This document shows positions 40,803 to 50,461 of a DNA stretch of 64,000 nucleotides, in pieces (positions within the stretch are counted from its first letter, which is position 1; each line of letters begins with the position of its first letter). Source of the DNA: a virus; the IMG/VR virus record IMGVR_UViG_3300047462_000154, positions 64,001 to 128,000 of that record; one strand, written 5' to 3'. A program made the position numbers and the translations under genes. The notes under the pieces are model-generated. The model made no database searches and was not told where the DNA came from. It was given only the letters and a program-made list of their open reading frames with translations.

Positions 40803-41368
40803 TTTTTTCTCCTAATAAAAATTTTTTACATATTTCAAAAATACCAAATGGATCTTTTCTAAAATCAGTTTCTAAAATAGTTAATAATTGATATCCGCAT
40901 GATTTTGCAAAATCTTTTTTTTGTATATCACGTAATTTAACTTTTTCTATATCCTTATCGCTTCTTAATTTTTTATTTTCGATTAACCCATGGTAATAAT
41001 CTCCATCAAATTCTATTATTTTGTCTCTATATGAAAAATCATAATAATAAATTGTATTTCTGTTTTCGTCTCTTAATATTCTTTGATTTTTGCCCCATTT
41101 TCCTCTATTTTTTTATTATTTTTTTGTTTTTCTATATAAGCATCCCATTTTTTTGTTCCTTCTATTTCACCATGTCTATCAATAAAACTTTCTTTTGTGT
41201 TTATTTTTTTTTTTTTGAATTATCTGTGCATGATTTTGATACATCGCTTTGATAATTGCTTACCATTAATTTTGCTGATTCTGGATTCATGTCAAATCTA
41301 TCTATCCAATATTCTATACATCTTGGAGATATTTTTTTACCTCTTGCTGTTTTTTCTTCTTCTGGCAT
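40792..41368 (-). pseudogene. Vsr/Hef-like homing endonuclease with two frameshifts
   Basis: Own translation: MPEEE..SPRCIEYW.. / ..ESFIDRHGEIEGTKKW.. / ..YYYDF..KIIEFDGDYYH..RD..K..FA...GY.LLTI.E.DF; breaks at A13 (41204-41216) and near 41110. Confidence 0.8.
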
Positions 41369-42282
41369 CAAACTACTTCTGTGTTCAATTCTAACATTAA
41401 AAATTCATTAGATAGTTCTTCTGCTGACACCCATTTTGCATAGGAATCTATATTATCGTCATTTAAAATACCAAGATATTTTTTATGAACCACATAAAAT
41501 TCATGATTTGGTGTAGTTTTTATTCTTTCATTTATTTTTAATATTTTTTTATGGTGTTCATGAATAAATGTTTTTGATACTTTTTTCCATGATGCGGTAT
41601 GGGTTAAAACAATATCGTTAATTTTAATGTCTTCGATATTTTTATATCCAGTAGATGTTGTTATTTGTGTTCCAGACACAAAACAACCGCCAGAAATACC
41701 ACATTTAACAACGTCTACACCATTCAAAAGTAATTCTCTTGTCATTTCTCCAGAAACTACATTACCAGCCATGATAATTAAATTTGGATGTTTATCACGC
41801 ATCATTTTACAAAAATCTATGAAAACTTGCATGCCGCCATTTGCAACATCGATATTAATCATTTTAATACCATTTGCTTTTTCTTCATTCCAATAACCTG
41901 TTTTTGATAATACATATTCAAATTTTTCAATATCTTTTTGGGTTATTCCCATAGAATAAAATGTATTTCCTGGTGGATTTTCAAATCTTTCTTGAGCATT
42001 TTTGTTACCACCATTTAAGAAAAATTGAATTAACTCTCTAGCTGGATAATGTTTATGTAAAGCAGTCATACATTTATGTTTAGATAATGCTTTTGCTAAA
42101 GAAATTGTTCCAATTCCTGTCATATTTGCTGCTACAATTGGAATCGATGTTAAAGTATATGGTGAATGTTTAAATTTAAAAGTTCTTGTTAAATCAACTT
42201 CTGCTCTTGATGAAATATTACTTTTCTGTGGTTTAATTAATACATCTTTGAAATCTAATTGAATTTCGTCAAGAATTATCAT
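41368..42282 (-). CDS. guaC: GMP reductase N-terminal half fused to split-intein N-fragment (105 aa)
   Basis: LDFKDVLIKP, PIVAANM, HKHY, IDVANG, AGNV, GISGG|CFVSGT...TPNHEF. Confidence 0.92.
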   Translation of the reverse strand: MIILDEIQLDFKDVLIKPQKSNISSRAEVDLTRTFKFKHSPYTLTSIPIVAANMTGIGTISLAKALSKHKCMTALHKHYPARELIQFFLNGGNKNAQERFENPPGNTFYSMGITQKDIEKFEYVLSKTGYWNEEKANGIKMINIDVANGGMQVFIDFCKMMRDKHPNLIIMAGNVVSGEMTRELLLNGVDVVKCGISGGCFVSGTQITTSTGYKNIEDIKINDIVLTHTASWKKVSKTFIHEHHKKILKINERIKTTPNHEFYVVHKKYLGILNDDNIDSYAKWVSAEELSNEFLMLELNTEVV

Positions 42283-42302
42283 TTATTATTCTCCATATAA
42301 TT

Positions 42303-42616
42303 TGAAATTAGAATTTATATGGTTTGAAAGTCAATTTAAATTGAATACTAATCTGGAAAAAAATTCCAAGGTTTTGTTTTTTCTATTCTATTTTTTGCTA
42401 TATTAAAATAATTTTCTTCTTTTTCTATTCCAATAAAATTTCGTTTCTCTAACCTACAAGCAACGCCAGTTGTGCCACTTCCCATGCAATTATCAAGAAC
42501 ATTATCGTTTTCATTTGAATTTCGCCATGATATAATTTATCAATAATTAACATTTTATTTTCTCTTGTTTAAATGAAATTAGAATTTATATGGTTTGACA
42601 GTAAATTTAAATTGAA
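42303..42616. repeat. 43 bp direct repeat (2 mismatches) flanking a methyltransferase remnant
   Basis: tgaaattagaatttatatggtttga(a/c)agt(c/a)aatttaaattgaa at 42303 and 42574. Confidence 0.85.
42348..42553 (-). pseudogene. internally deleted beta-class DNA methyltransferase
   Basis: [11 protein letters not shown] joined out of frame to [21 protein letters not shown]....RNFIGIE...YF.IAKNRI. Confidence 0.85.
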
Positions 42617-42926
42617 AATATTTTTTACTTCTGATATTTGTGTAGTCATGATAGAAGAACATATTAATAAGTTAGTTTATGACTTGCATTACCACAAAAA
42701 TTCATCAAATGATGAAAATACATTTAAGGTAAATCTTAATCCTAATCAGATACCACCATTGGGTAAATATTATGATTTTTTAAAAAAATGTAAAATTTAT
42801 GTATTTTGGTGTGAAAATAATTGCAAATCAAATTGGAATTTTAATTTTGGACACAGATGTTTTTATTTTGAAAATAAAACGGATGCTGCTTTATTTGTAT
42901 TGAATAATGATTCCCGATTTTCTTAA
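42573..42926 (+). CDS. hypothetical protein, WC.ENC...FYF..K.DA.LF family
   Basis: C-terminal motif shared with neighbours. Confidence 0.7.
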   Translation: MKLEFIWFDSKFKLKIFFTSDICVVMIEEHINKLVYDLHYHKNSSNDENTFKVNLNPNQIPPLGKYYDFLKKCKIYVFWCENNCKSNWNFNFGHRCFYFENKTDAALFVLNNDSRFS

Positions 42927-43506
42927 CCCAATTAAACATCCTGGAAATAAAAAAGAATTAGAATATTTTTGCTCTTTTGTAAAAGATTGGACAAAAATGG
43001 AAAAAAATATTTGGATGGCTTTCCTTGAAAAATTGTCAAATACTCCCATTGAAAAAACCAATAGAAACACAACAATAACTTTATTATCTGGAAAAAACAG
43101 ATTATATTTTAAGAATTATATTTTAAATAATATAGATTTTAAATTTGATTCTTTGATTTTTAAAGAAAATTATTATAATATATTTGTTGATATTTACAAA
43201 AAAGATTTGTCAGGATTTTTGCAAAAATATTTGGCAATTGGATTTGATGACCATTCTAATTCTGGCTATCATATAATTTTGAGAGAATTGATTAATTATC
43301 ATGATATGTTTTATTCTCCTTGGTTTTATAATTTACAAAAATCAACTACCGTATATGATGCAGTAATAGCTTGTAATCAAATAATTCAAAACCCATGGTG
43401 TGTCAGATATAATCTTAGAATGAGATTAGGAACTATGTATTATAACAATCCAGTTTTCTATTTTAAATCAAAAGAAGATTTGGCATTGTTCACATTATTA
43501 TTGTAA
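42907..43506 (+). CDS. hypothetical protein, related C-terminal motif
   Basis: FYFKSKEDLALFTL. Confidence 0.7.
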   Translation: MIPDFLNPIKHPGNKKELEYFCSFVKDWTKMEKNIWMAFLEKLSNTPIEKTNRNTTITLLSGKNRLYFKNYILNNIDFKFDSLIFKENYYNIFVDIYKKDLSGFLQKYLAIGFDDHSNSGYHIILRELINYHDMFYSPWFYNLQKSTTVYDAVIACNQIIQNPWCVRYNLRMRLGTMYYNNPVFYFKSKEDLALFTLLL

Positions 43507-43509
43507 GAT

Positions 43510-43641
43510 ATGAACATGATGAACTGGTTTAAAAAACTTTGGAAACCATGTCGATGCCAAGGATGTGGATTTAAAAAATTATCATCTATTGAATTAGCAG
43601 AATCACGCTTATTTCCAGTAGAAAATGAAAATAGAGGTTAA
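43510..43641 (+). CDS. 43 aa Cys-containing ORF
   Basis: MNMMNWFKKLWKPCRCQGCGF...; fills the gap between neighbouring genes. Confidence 0.4.
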   Translation: MNMMNWFKKLWKPCRCQGCGFKKLSSIELAESRLFPVENENRG

Positions 43642-43873
43642 TATGAAAACTGTAGAAGAAGTAAAACAATATCTTAAAGAAAATCCTTCGACTTTAAAAC
43701 CACAAGTATCTAATTTTTTTGGATTACCTATAAGATTTGAAGAATACGATATTTGGGCTACTACAACCCCAGAAGGTATTGATTTACAAATCGAGAAGTT
43801 TACTGAAAAATCAGGTTGTTTTTATTGGTTTGAAGGTAATCAGATTCAAAAAAGTGTTCACACAAAGGACTAA
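43625..43873 (+). CDS. hypothetical protein (start probably 43643)
   Basis: GAGG RBS before ATG 43643. Confidence 0.6.
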   Translation: MKIEVNMKTVEEVKQYLKENPSTLKPQVSNFFGLPIRFEEYDIWATTTPEGIDLQIEKFTEKSGCFYWFEGNQIQKSVHTKD

Positions 43874-43876
43874 ATA

Positions 43877-44065
43877 ATGTTTGCATATTCAATAATATTA
43901 AATTCAGTCGATGGATACATTCAGGTGGATATATCAAACTTTATTATTGATGAATTGCTTGAATGGTGTGAAGAAAATTGCAAAAACAACTGGGAACATG
44001 GATTTGGTAGTTTTTATTTTAAAGATAAAACAGAAGCAACGATGTTTGCATTGATAGCAAACTAA
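43877..44065 (+). CDS. hypothetical protein, WCEENC family
   Basis: WCEENCKNNW....FYFKDKTEATMFAL. Confidence 0.7.
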   Translation: MFAYSIILNSVDGYIQVDISNFIIDELLEWCEENCKNNWEHGFGSFYFKDKTEATMFALIAN

Positions 44066-44084
44066 TAATATATCGTAATTATAT

Positions 44085-44195
44085 TTGAATTGGTGTGAAG
44101 AAAATTGCAAAAGTGATTGGGAATTTTCATATTACTGCTTCTGTTTCAAAGATAAAACAGAAGCAGTTTTGTTTGCATTACTAATTAACTTTTAG
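44085..44195 (+). pseudogene. truncated duplicate of the WCEENC module
   Basis: LNWCEENCKSDW...FKDKTEAVLFAL; DNA similar to 43961-44053. Confidence 0.6.
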
Positions 44196-46008
44196 CTTTT
44201 CTTCCGCGTTTTTTAACTGTTGTTATTTCTTCAATTGGTTTTTCATTAGCAGCATGTTGTTCCATTTCATTTTCAACTTGTCTTGTGAAACTCGGTGTAG
44301 CACCAGCAACAGTCAATAAATCATCGCGAATATCTTGACTTCGTTTTTCTAAATTTAACACTCTACGAAATGAATTTTTAATAATTTGTGTATAAAAAGC
44401 AAAAGGATTATCAGATTTTGATTCATCAAATTGTAAAGCAACTTGAGATAATTGTAATAAAGCATTTCCACGCATTTCATCGTTATACGTATTGAAAGTA
44501 AGGAATACTGTCCCATTTCTTCTTACCATTAAAGTGTTATTTTCTGTTTCTGGACACCAAACAATATCAGAATAATCAACCGTTGGTTCATTTGGATGAT
44601 TATGCTTTCCGCGCCCTTTTATTTTGCCATTATTTTTTCCACCATGAAAATCAATATTTTCAACACGTGAATGATTTGCACGTTTTGAAAAGAAATTAAC
44701 ATTGTAAATATGGCTTTCTAATTTATTTGTTTCTGTAATAATATCTCTCTTTTTATAAGCAACACGATGACCACATAAAGTGCAAAGAAATACAAATGCA
44801 TCAACATGTGCTTTGTCTTTTTGACAATATCCAATATTTAAACCATTTCCAATTTTTGTTCTCCAACCATCACCATCAATCATGGCATTCATTAACAATT
44901 CTCTTTGTTCATTTGTTAATGATAAAATAAAATCATATTTTAAAACTTTGTTTTTTTCTTTTGAGTTTTCAATTACTTCTAATAATTTATTTCTCATATT
45001 TTTTGAAAGTCTAAAACAAACATTTATATTTTTTCTATTTTTTCTATAACTTTCTGTAAATTTTTCATTTAAATTATTCAAACAATTTCTAATTCTATCT
45101 GCATATATTCCTTCATTTTGATAGAGTGATGTGGAAGGATTTTGTCTTGAATTATCAAAACAACCTTTAGTAACCATCCATCCCAATAATTCAACAAATG
45201 CATCATCATATGTTTTTTCTTTTGGTCCATCAACCGCAGAACCCACCATAATAACTTTATCTGTTTCTAAAAGATAATCTACTTCTTTTGGTCCATCCTG
45301 AGTAATAAATCTATGACCAGGAGTTACTAATGCATCCATACCACGAACAGTTAAGTGAAACATTTTTCCTTCATAATGGTTGCGATATATTGATTTTATT
45401 TTTGACCATTTTAGTTTTTTTGTTTCTAACTCATATGATAAAATAATATCATCAGTGGTTATCTCATCATATTTTAACCAACCACGTTGGGTCAATGCTT
45501 CAGAAAATTTGTCAAAGCAATAATTTCTCCAGTTACCACGTTTAGCATATCGTTCTACTAACAACATAATCATCAATGCTAATCTTTTAGAAATCATGCC
45601 TTGGTCACCACAAAACTCACCATTAGAAATACTACCAATCCAATGTGAACGACCAACTTCTCGATATACACCATTTTCAAAAATATAATGTTGAAATGGT
45701 GGAAAAACTGTTCTTATTGCATCAGTTGTTCCTAAACCACGTTTTCTTGTTTTCCCATCAGGGTCATTTGGAATATGCGAATCTGTCATTAAACGATATA
45801 CCAAATCTTCTTTTTTTAATTTAACTTCAGCTTTAGCATTTATTTTTGTTAATACAGCATCTTTCATTTCTTCTGTTATATTTTTTAAATCTGTTACAAT
45901 AATATGAAATTTACTATATTCGTCTTTTTCAAAAAAACTATATGAAACTTTACTTTTGTGAATTTCAGATAATAATTCTTTGTTAGTTATATACTTAATT
46001 TTTTCCAA
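44185..46008 (-). CDS. T4 gp55-like late sigma factor containing an intein
   Basis: YITNKELL.EI; LVERYAKRGNWRNY|intein|TYNDEM...ALLQL...FDESKSDNPFAFYTQII.NSF.RVLN.EK. Confidence 0.88.
   Translation of the reverse strand: MEKIKYITNKELLSEIHKSKVSYSFFEKDEYSKFHIIVTDLKNITEEMKDAVLTKINAKAEVKLKKEDLVYRLMTDSHIPNDPDGKTRKRGLGTTDAIRTVFPPFQHYIFENGVYREVGRSHWIGSISNGEFCGDQGMISKRLALMIMLLVERYAKRGNWRNYCFDKFSEALTQRGWLKYDEITTDDIILSYELETKKLKWSKIKSIYRNHYEGKMFHLTVRGMDALVTPGHRFITQDGPKEVDYLLETDKVIMVGSAVDGPKEKTYDDAFVELLGWMVTKGCFDNSRQNPSTSLYQNEGIYADRIRNCLNNLNEKFTESYRKNRKNINVCFRLSKNMRNKLLEVIENSKEKNKVLKYDFILSLTNEQRELLMNAMIDGDGWRTKIGNGLNIGYCQKDKAHVDAFVFLCTLCGHRVAYKKRDIITETNKLESHIYNVNFFSKRANHSRVENIDFHGGKNNGKIKGRGKHNHPNEPTVDYSDIVWCPETENNTLMVRRNGTVFLTFNTYNDEMRGNALLQLSQVALQFDESKSDNPFAFYTQIIKNSFRRVLNLEKRSQDIRDDLLTVAGATPSFTRQVENEMEQHAANEKPIEEITTVKKRGRKAKS
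44491..45519 (-). mobile_element. 343 aa intein with LAGLIDADG endonuclease domain
   Basis: CFD..SEALT.RGW; VTPGHRF; LLGWMVTKG; AMIDGDG; VWCPET....VRRNG..FLTFN|T. Confidence 0.9.
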
Positions 46009-46086
46009 ATTAATTCAATTCCTTTAATTTTGCATACACTATTTCGTTGCAATAACATTATAATTAAAACTATATTTAATTTGCAA

Positions 46087-46094
46087 TATAAATA
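46087..46094 (+). promoter_or_regulatory. T4-type late promoter
   Basis: TATAAATA upstream of baseplate operon start 46125. Confidence 0.6.
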
Positions 46095-46124
46095 TCATTA
46101 TAATTCAAAGAGTTTTTAAATAAA

Positions 46125-47144
46125 ATGAGTATATTTGGACCAAGCACATTTCCTGTTACAATAAATGGTGTTACTGGAACTGGTGGTAATGTTAATGGAG
46201 CATTGGGTTTTGTTGGACCTAATGCAGAATATGAAGCATTACAAGCTGCTGGTAATGCACCAAATAGCAGTGGCGTTTCAACATCTTCAACAAATATTAA
46301 TTCAACATTTCCTTCAGCACAAAATTTATTATCAAGTGTTAGTGGTGGTTCATTAATTGCGAGCACATCTAAAGCATCAAGAGATATGCGAGTTGTTATT
46401 GCTCCTGCTGGTGGTGCAACCGCTTCTGCAATATCTAATGCAGCAGCAGCAGCCGCAACACCAGCAAATACAAGCATTTTTTCAGCCTCGCAATTATCAC
46501 AATATCAAGGCAATGCCACAGCAACTAACACATCATCTGCTTCAAATAATTCTGGTGTGCCAAGTGGTACTGGATATTATAGTGGAATATTAGCACCATT
46601 GATTGTTACGAATGGTGTATTGTTTCCATATTCACCAAATATTTCTTTTAGTCAGGATGTTGATTATAGTTTAGTTGGTGGTGGATTGGTTCATACAAAC
46701 CAAGATTATAATGCATATCAAAGAACACCGAGTGTTAAATTAACAATTGAAGGTAATTTTACAATCCAAAATCAATATGAAGGATTGTATATGTTAGCAG
46801 TCATACATTTTTTCAGAACAGTATCTAAAATGTATTTTGGACAAGCAGCCGCAAATTCAGGAACAGCAGGATTGCCGCCACCTATTTTAATTTTGAATGG
46901 ATACGGAACATATATGTTTAATAATCTGCCATGTATATTAACTGGTCATTCTTGGAATTATTCACCAGAAGTTGATACAATTGATATTGCTGATTCATCT
47001 GGTGGAATAACAAAATTACCATCATTGTTGGATTTATCAATAAGTTTAACAGTGCAACAAACACCTTATAATATGTCAACTGCATTTGATTTAAATCAAT
47101 TTAGAAGTGGCGCATTAATGAAAACAGGAGGCGGTTGGATTTAA
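46125..47144 (+). CDS. baseplate/tail-tube initiator-like structural protein
   Basis: GILAPL..TNGV.FPYSP, HFFRTVSKMYFG, G.PPP...LNGYG...FNNLP; context before gp53-like gene. Confidence 0.65.
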   Translation: MSIFGPSTFPVTINGVTGTGGNVNGALGFVGPNAEYEALQAAGNAPNSSGVSTSSTNINSTFPSAQNLLSSVSGGSLIASTSKASRDMRVVIAPAGGATASAISNAAAAAATPANTSIFSASQLSQYQGNATATNTSSASNNSGVPSGTGYYSGILAPLIVTNGVLFPYSPNISFSQDVDYSLVGGGLVHTNQDYNAYQRTPSVKLTIEGNFTIQNQYEGLYMLAVIHFFRTVSKMYFGQAAANSGTAGLPPPILILNGYGTYMFNNLPCILTGHSWNYSPEVDTIDIADSSGGITKLPSLLDLSISLTVQQTPYNMSTAFDLNQFRSGALMKTGGGWI

Positions 47145-47447
47145 ATGTCAAGAATTTCTTATCCTGCATCATCACCATATTCAAATACTTTACAGACAAG
47201 TTCGTATTTACAAAATTGGGTTTACAAACCAATTCCACCAGATAGTGGTGATAGTTTTTATACTTTGTTACCAAGACATAATTATAGACCAGATACTTTG
47301 AGTTTTGATTTGTATGGAACACCTGTTTATTATTGGATTTTTTGTATTCGTAATCCGTTTTTAAGAAAAGACCCTATTTGGAATTTCGTTACAGGTTTAA
47401 CAATAATTGTGCCCTCGGCAAGTTATGTTAAAAGAGTGGTTGGATGA
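47145..47447 (+). CDS. baseplate wedge gp53-like (LysM-type)
   Basis: YRPDTLSFDLYG...YWIF..RN. Confidence 0.75.
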   Translation: MSRISYPASSPYSNTLQTSSYLQNWVYKPIPPDSGDSFYTLLPRHNYRPDTLSFDLYGTPVYYWIFCIRNPFLRKDPIWNFVTGLTIIVPSASYVKRVVG

Positions 47448-50398
47448 GCACAGGTGTACCAAAAGGATATGTTGGAAAATTAGTTCCGAATGACAATACA
47501 AATAACGGCAATATAGTATCTACTGGTGGTTCGACTGGACAATCTCAACAACAAGCAGCAAATCAAGCTGTTCAAACAACATTAGCCAATGGCGGAACAC
47601 AAACACAAGCAACCGCTGATGCAGTTTTAAATAATCCACCAAGTTCTGCTCCTGGTGGAACAACATCTCCATTACCATCACCAAATACAACGCCACCAGA
47701 AGCAGCTTCAAGCGATTCTGGCGGGTCACCTACTGGTTCTAATGGTTCTTATCAATTTGTTTCACAAGCGGCTGCTACAGCCATTACAGAAGCTATTTTG
47801 AATGGTTCTGGAACACCTAACATTTTAAATTTATATCAAAATGTTACTTATCATTTTCGATTTTTTACATTGAATGATATAAATTTATATGAAACTGTTA
47901 AAACACCACCAACATCTGCTGAATTTTTTAATGCGATTATTCCAGACCCAAATCAACCAATTGGTGTTGCATCATCTAATAATGGAAAAATATCTACAGT
48001 TATTGTGGCTGAATCTGGTGCAACAATTTACAATATTAAAAATGTAGAATTTATATCAATGATTGGTCCAAATATTGATACCAGAAATGTCAACATTGGA
48101 ACATTTACAATGACAATCGTTGAACCATTAGGGGGTAGTTTTTTAACTGCATTGAAAGCTGCATCTGATGCTGTTGCGAATAGTAATTTTAAAAATTGTT
48201 TTTATTATCTTGAATTGACATTTAAAGCCTATGATACATCTGGTAATCAAGTAACCAATATATTTCCATCATCATTTCCAAATTCAACAACAGCATTCCC
48301 TTTAACTTTACAACAAGGTGATAGATGGATTTGGGAAGTGCAAATTACTGATATTGATATTTCAATTGATGCTGGTGGTGGAACATATGTGTTAACGTTG
48401 ATTTTGAGTGATAGTATGGCATTGGATGATGAAATTCATGCTGTTCCAGAAACAATTAGTGCAACAGGAAATACGTTAGGAGAATATTTTACTTATCTTG
48501 GTGCGGCATTAACAGCCAGTTGGGCAACACGATATGGTAATCAAGATGTATCATATGGCGACACAAAAAATGATATTCCTGCATTTAAATTTTTTCCAAT
48601 TCAATTAAATGGAACATCTTCATATGATAATATTGCAAATGGTGCAGACCCGGCAACATTTCAAATCATTGACCCAAGTTATCCAAATGTTCAACCACAA
48701 CAAACAAAAGATACTGAATTAGAAAATGGTTATATTAGAGGATATATTCAGCCAGGAGTAACAATTGAAAAAATAATTGAATCTGCTATTGGTGCAACAA
48801 AACAAGGGCAAACTCTTGGTATTGGGGGCAAAAATCCATATACAGGAGAATCAAATTCTGGTTCTACACAACCATCAGAAAGTATCATATTTAGAACAAT
48901 TCCTACCGTTATTATTACAGGATATAATATAATCTCAGGTAGATATATTATTACTGTAACGTTTAATATTATTCCATATTATACACAATATCCAATATTG
49001 TCTCCTATACAAACCCAAAACCAAACGTCCCAACAAGCATTAACAAATTTAATCAAAAGAGGATTGTTACAGAAAAAATACGAATACATTTATACTGGAT
49101 TAAATACTGAAATTTTGAATTTGAATATACAATTAAATGCTAAATGGAATGCTGTATTACCAACCAACTATGGTTTATTAAGCAACGCTGCTTCTGTTGC
49201 CCCTGGTAAAAGTATTGGCGCAAATAGTCCAAAAAACGCAACAAATCAACAAACTGCTGCAACAGCAAAATTAAGCCAATCGGCTATTTTGTATTCACAA
49301 GCAACACAAATTCAAACAGTTCTTTTACCACAATTAAATTCTTTAATGCAAGAAGCTACATCAGCTTTAGGACAAAATTCATTATCTAATTCAAGTGATG
49401 CAACTACTTCAAATAATTCAAATAATGCTCAAACTGTTAATAATTTGTTACCACAAATAACAAATTATAATCAAACAGCGGCATCATATAATTTAAAAAA
49501 TCCAACTAATCAAGTTCAACTTCTCGCTACACCAAAACTAAATTCTTCATTGGAAAGTGTATCCGCCAATATTAGTTCCGTAGCAAATTCTACAGGAAAT
49601 GTTGGGGTAGCAACAACAAATGCGTTTAATAAATCAAATAATACATCAATACCAGAAGTTTCAGTTCCAGCAAATTCGGTTTCATTTGCAGAAAATTTAG
49701 TAATATCACAAGGAGGAACATATGGCACATTCATGTTTCCAGTTACATTTAGCCAAAGTTATCGAGACGTAACCGAACAAACAGGAATAAATTTTGTAAA
49801 TGATCTTGATAATGATAGAACATTATTAGGCGCAGTATTAAATCAAATGTATGATTATTCAGCAAATCCTTTAATGTCAATAGATTTAACTATCAAATTG
49901 GACCCTTATTTTTTGGGCGAAACAAATTTATCCAAATGTGTTTATTTAAGGGGTAAAGGAACACCACCACCAGCAGAATCATATCAACCATCACAATTAT
50001 TTGGAGAAATGAATTTTGTATTGGCATTCAATATTCCATATCAAGTATCATCAAATCAAAGCAATATATACCAACCACAATTAGAAAAAGATGAAGCATA
50101 TACTGGTGTTTATATTATTACTCAAATAAAAAATACATTTGAAGACGGACAAATGACCCAAACATTAACAGGTAAAAGACAACCATTAATCAGCCTATTA
50201 AACGCACAAGGATTATCTACATCTTCAACTCTACCAGATGGTTCGCAAGGCGATACTGGTGCAAGTTCATCACCACAACAACAATCTACGCCATTACCAC
50301 CACCAGAAGCGCCACCACCACCACCAACAGTGGCACCACCAGTTGATAATACTTCTGCAACAATTAATCCAGATATTGGTGATGACCCTGCCGGATAA
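47444..50398 (+). CDS. baseplate hub-like large structural protein
   Basis: 984 aa; IVEPLG, YEYIYTG.N.EIL, I.LDPYFL, Y.G.Y.IT...N.F..G...Q.L; between gp53-like and gp5-like genes. Confidence 0.6.
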   Translation: MSTGVPKGYVGKLVPNDNTNNGNIVSTGGSTGQSQQQAANQAVQTTLANGGTQTQATADAVLNNPPSSAPGGTTSPLPSPNTTPPEAASSDSGGSPTGSNGSYQFVSQAAATAITEAILNGSGTPNILNLYQNVTYHFRFFTLNDINLYETVKTPPTSAEFFNAIIPDPNQPIGVASSNNGKISTVIVAESGATIYNIKNVEFISMIGPNIDTRNVNIGTFTMTIVEPLGGSFLTALKAASDAVANSNFKNCFYYLELTFKAYDTSGNQVTNIFPSSFPNSTTAFPLTLQQGDRWIWEVQITDIDISIDAGGGTYVLTLILSDSMALDDEIHAVPETISATGNTLGEYFTYLGAALTASWATRYGNQDVSYGDTKNDIPAFKFFPIQLNGTSSYDNIANGADPATFQIIDPSYPNVQPQQTKDTELENGYIRGYIQPGVTIEKIIESAIGATKQGQTLGIGGKNPYTGESNSGSTQPSESIIFRTIPTVIITGYNIISGRYIITVTFNIIPYYTQYPILSPIQTQNQTSQQALTNLIKRGLLQKKYEYIYTGLNTEILNLNIQLNAKWNAVLPTNYGLLSNAASVAPGKSIGANSPKNATNQQTAATAKLSQSAILYSQATQIQTVLLPQLNSLMQEATSALGQNSLSNSSDATTSNNSNNAQTVNNLLPQITNYNQTAASYNLKNPTNQVQLLATPKLNSSLESVSANISSVANSTGNVGVATTNAFNKSNNTSIPEVSVPANSVSFAENLVISQGGTYGTFMFPVTFSQSYRDVTEQTGINFVNDLDNDRTLLGAVLNQMYDYSANPLMSIDLTIKLDPYFLGETNLSKCVYLRGKGTPPPAESYQPSQLFGEMNFVLAFNIPYQVSSNQSNIYQPQLEKDEAYTGVYIITQIKNTFEDGQMTQTLTGKRQPLISLLNAQGLSTSSTLPDGSQGDTGASSSPQQQSTPLPPPEAPPPPPTVAPPVDNTSATINPDIGDDPAG

Positions 50399-50461
50399 TA
50401 TTTATATTGTGTTTTAATATAAATTTTTGATAAAATAATAAAAATAAAAAGATTAAAAATT

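Noticed and set aside
40803-41367. Group I intron joining the guaC halves at RNA level
   Set aside because: The interval is entirely filled by endonuclease coding sequence, and IntC has its own RBS and ATG
41031-41394. Plus-strand Phe-rich ORFs 41031..41252 and 41197..41394
   Set aside because: Antisense shadows of the Lys-rich endonuclease pseudogene
46076-46477. 133-aa minus-strand ORF
   Set aside because: Antisense to the Ala/Ser-rich start of the baseplate gene
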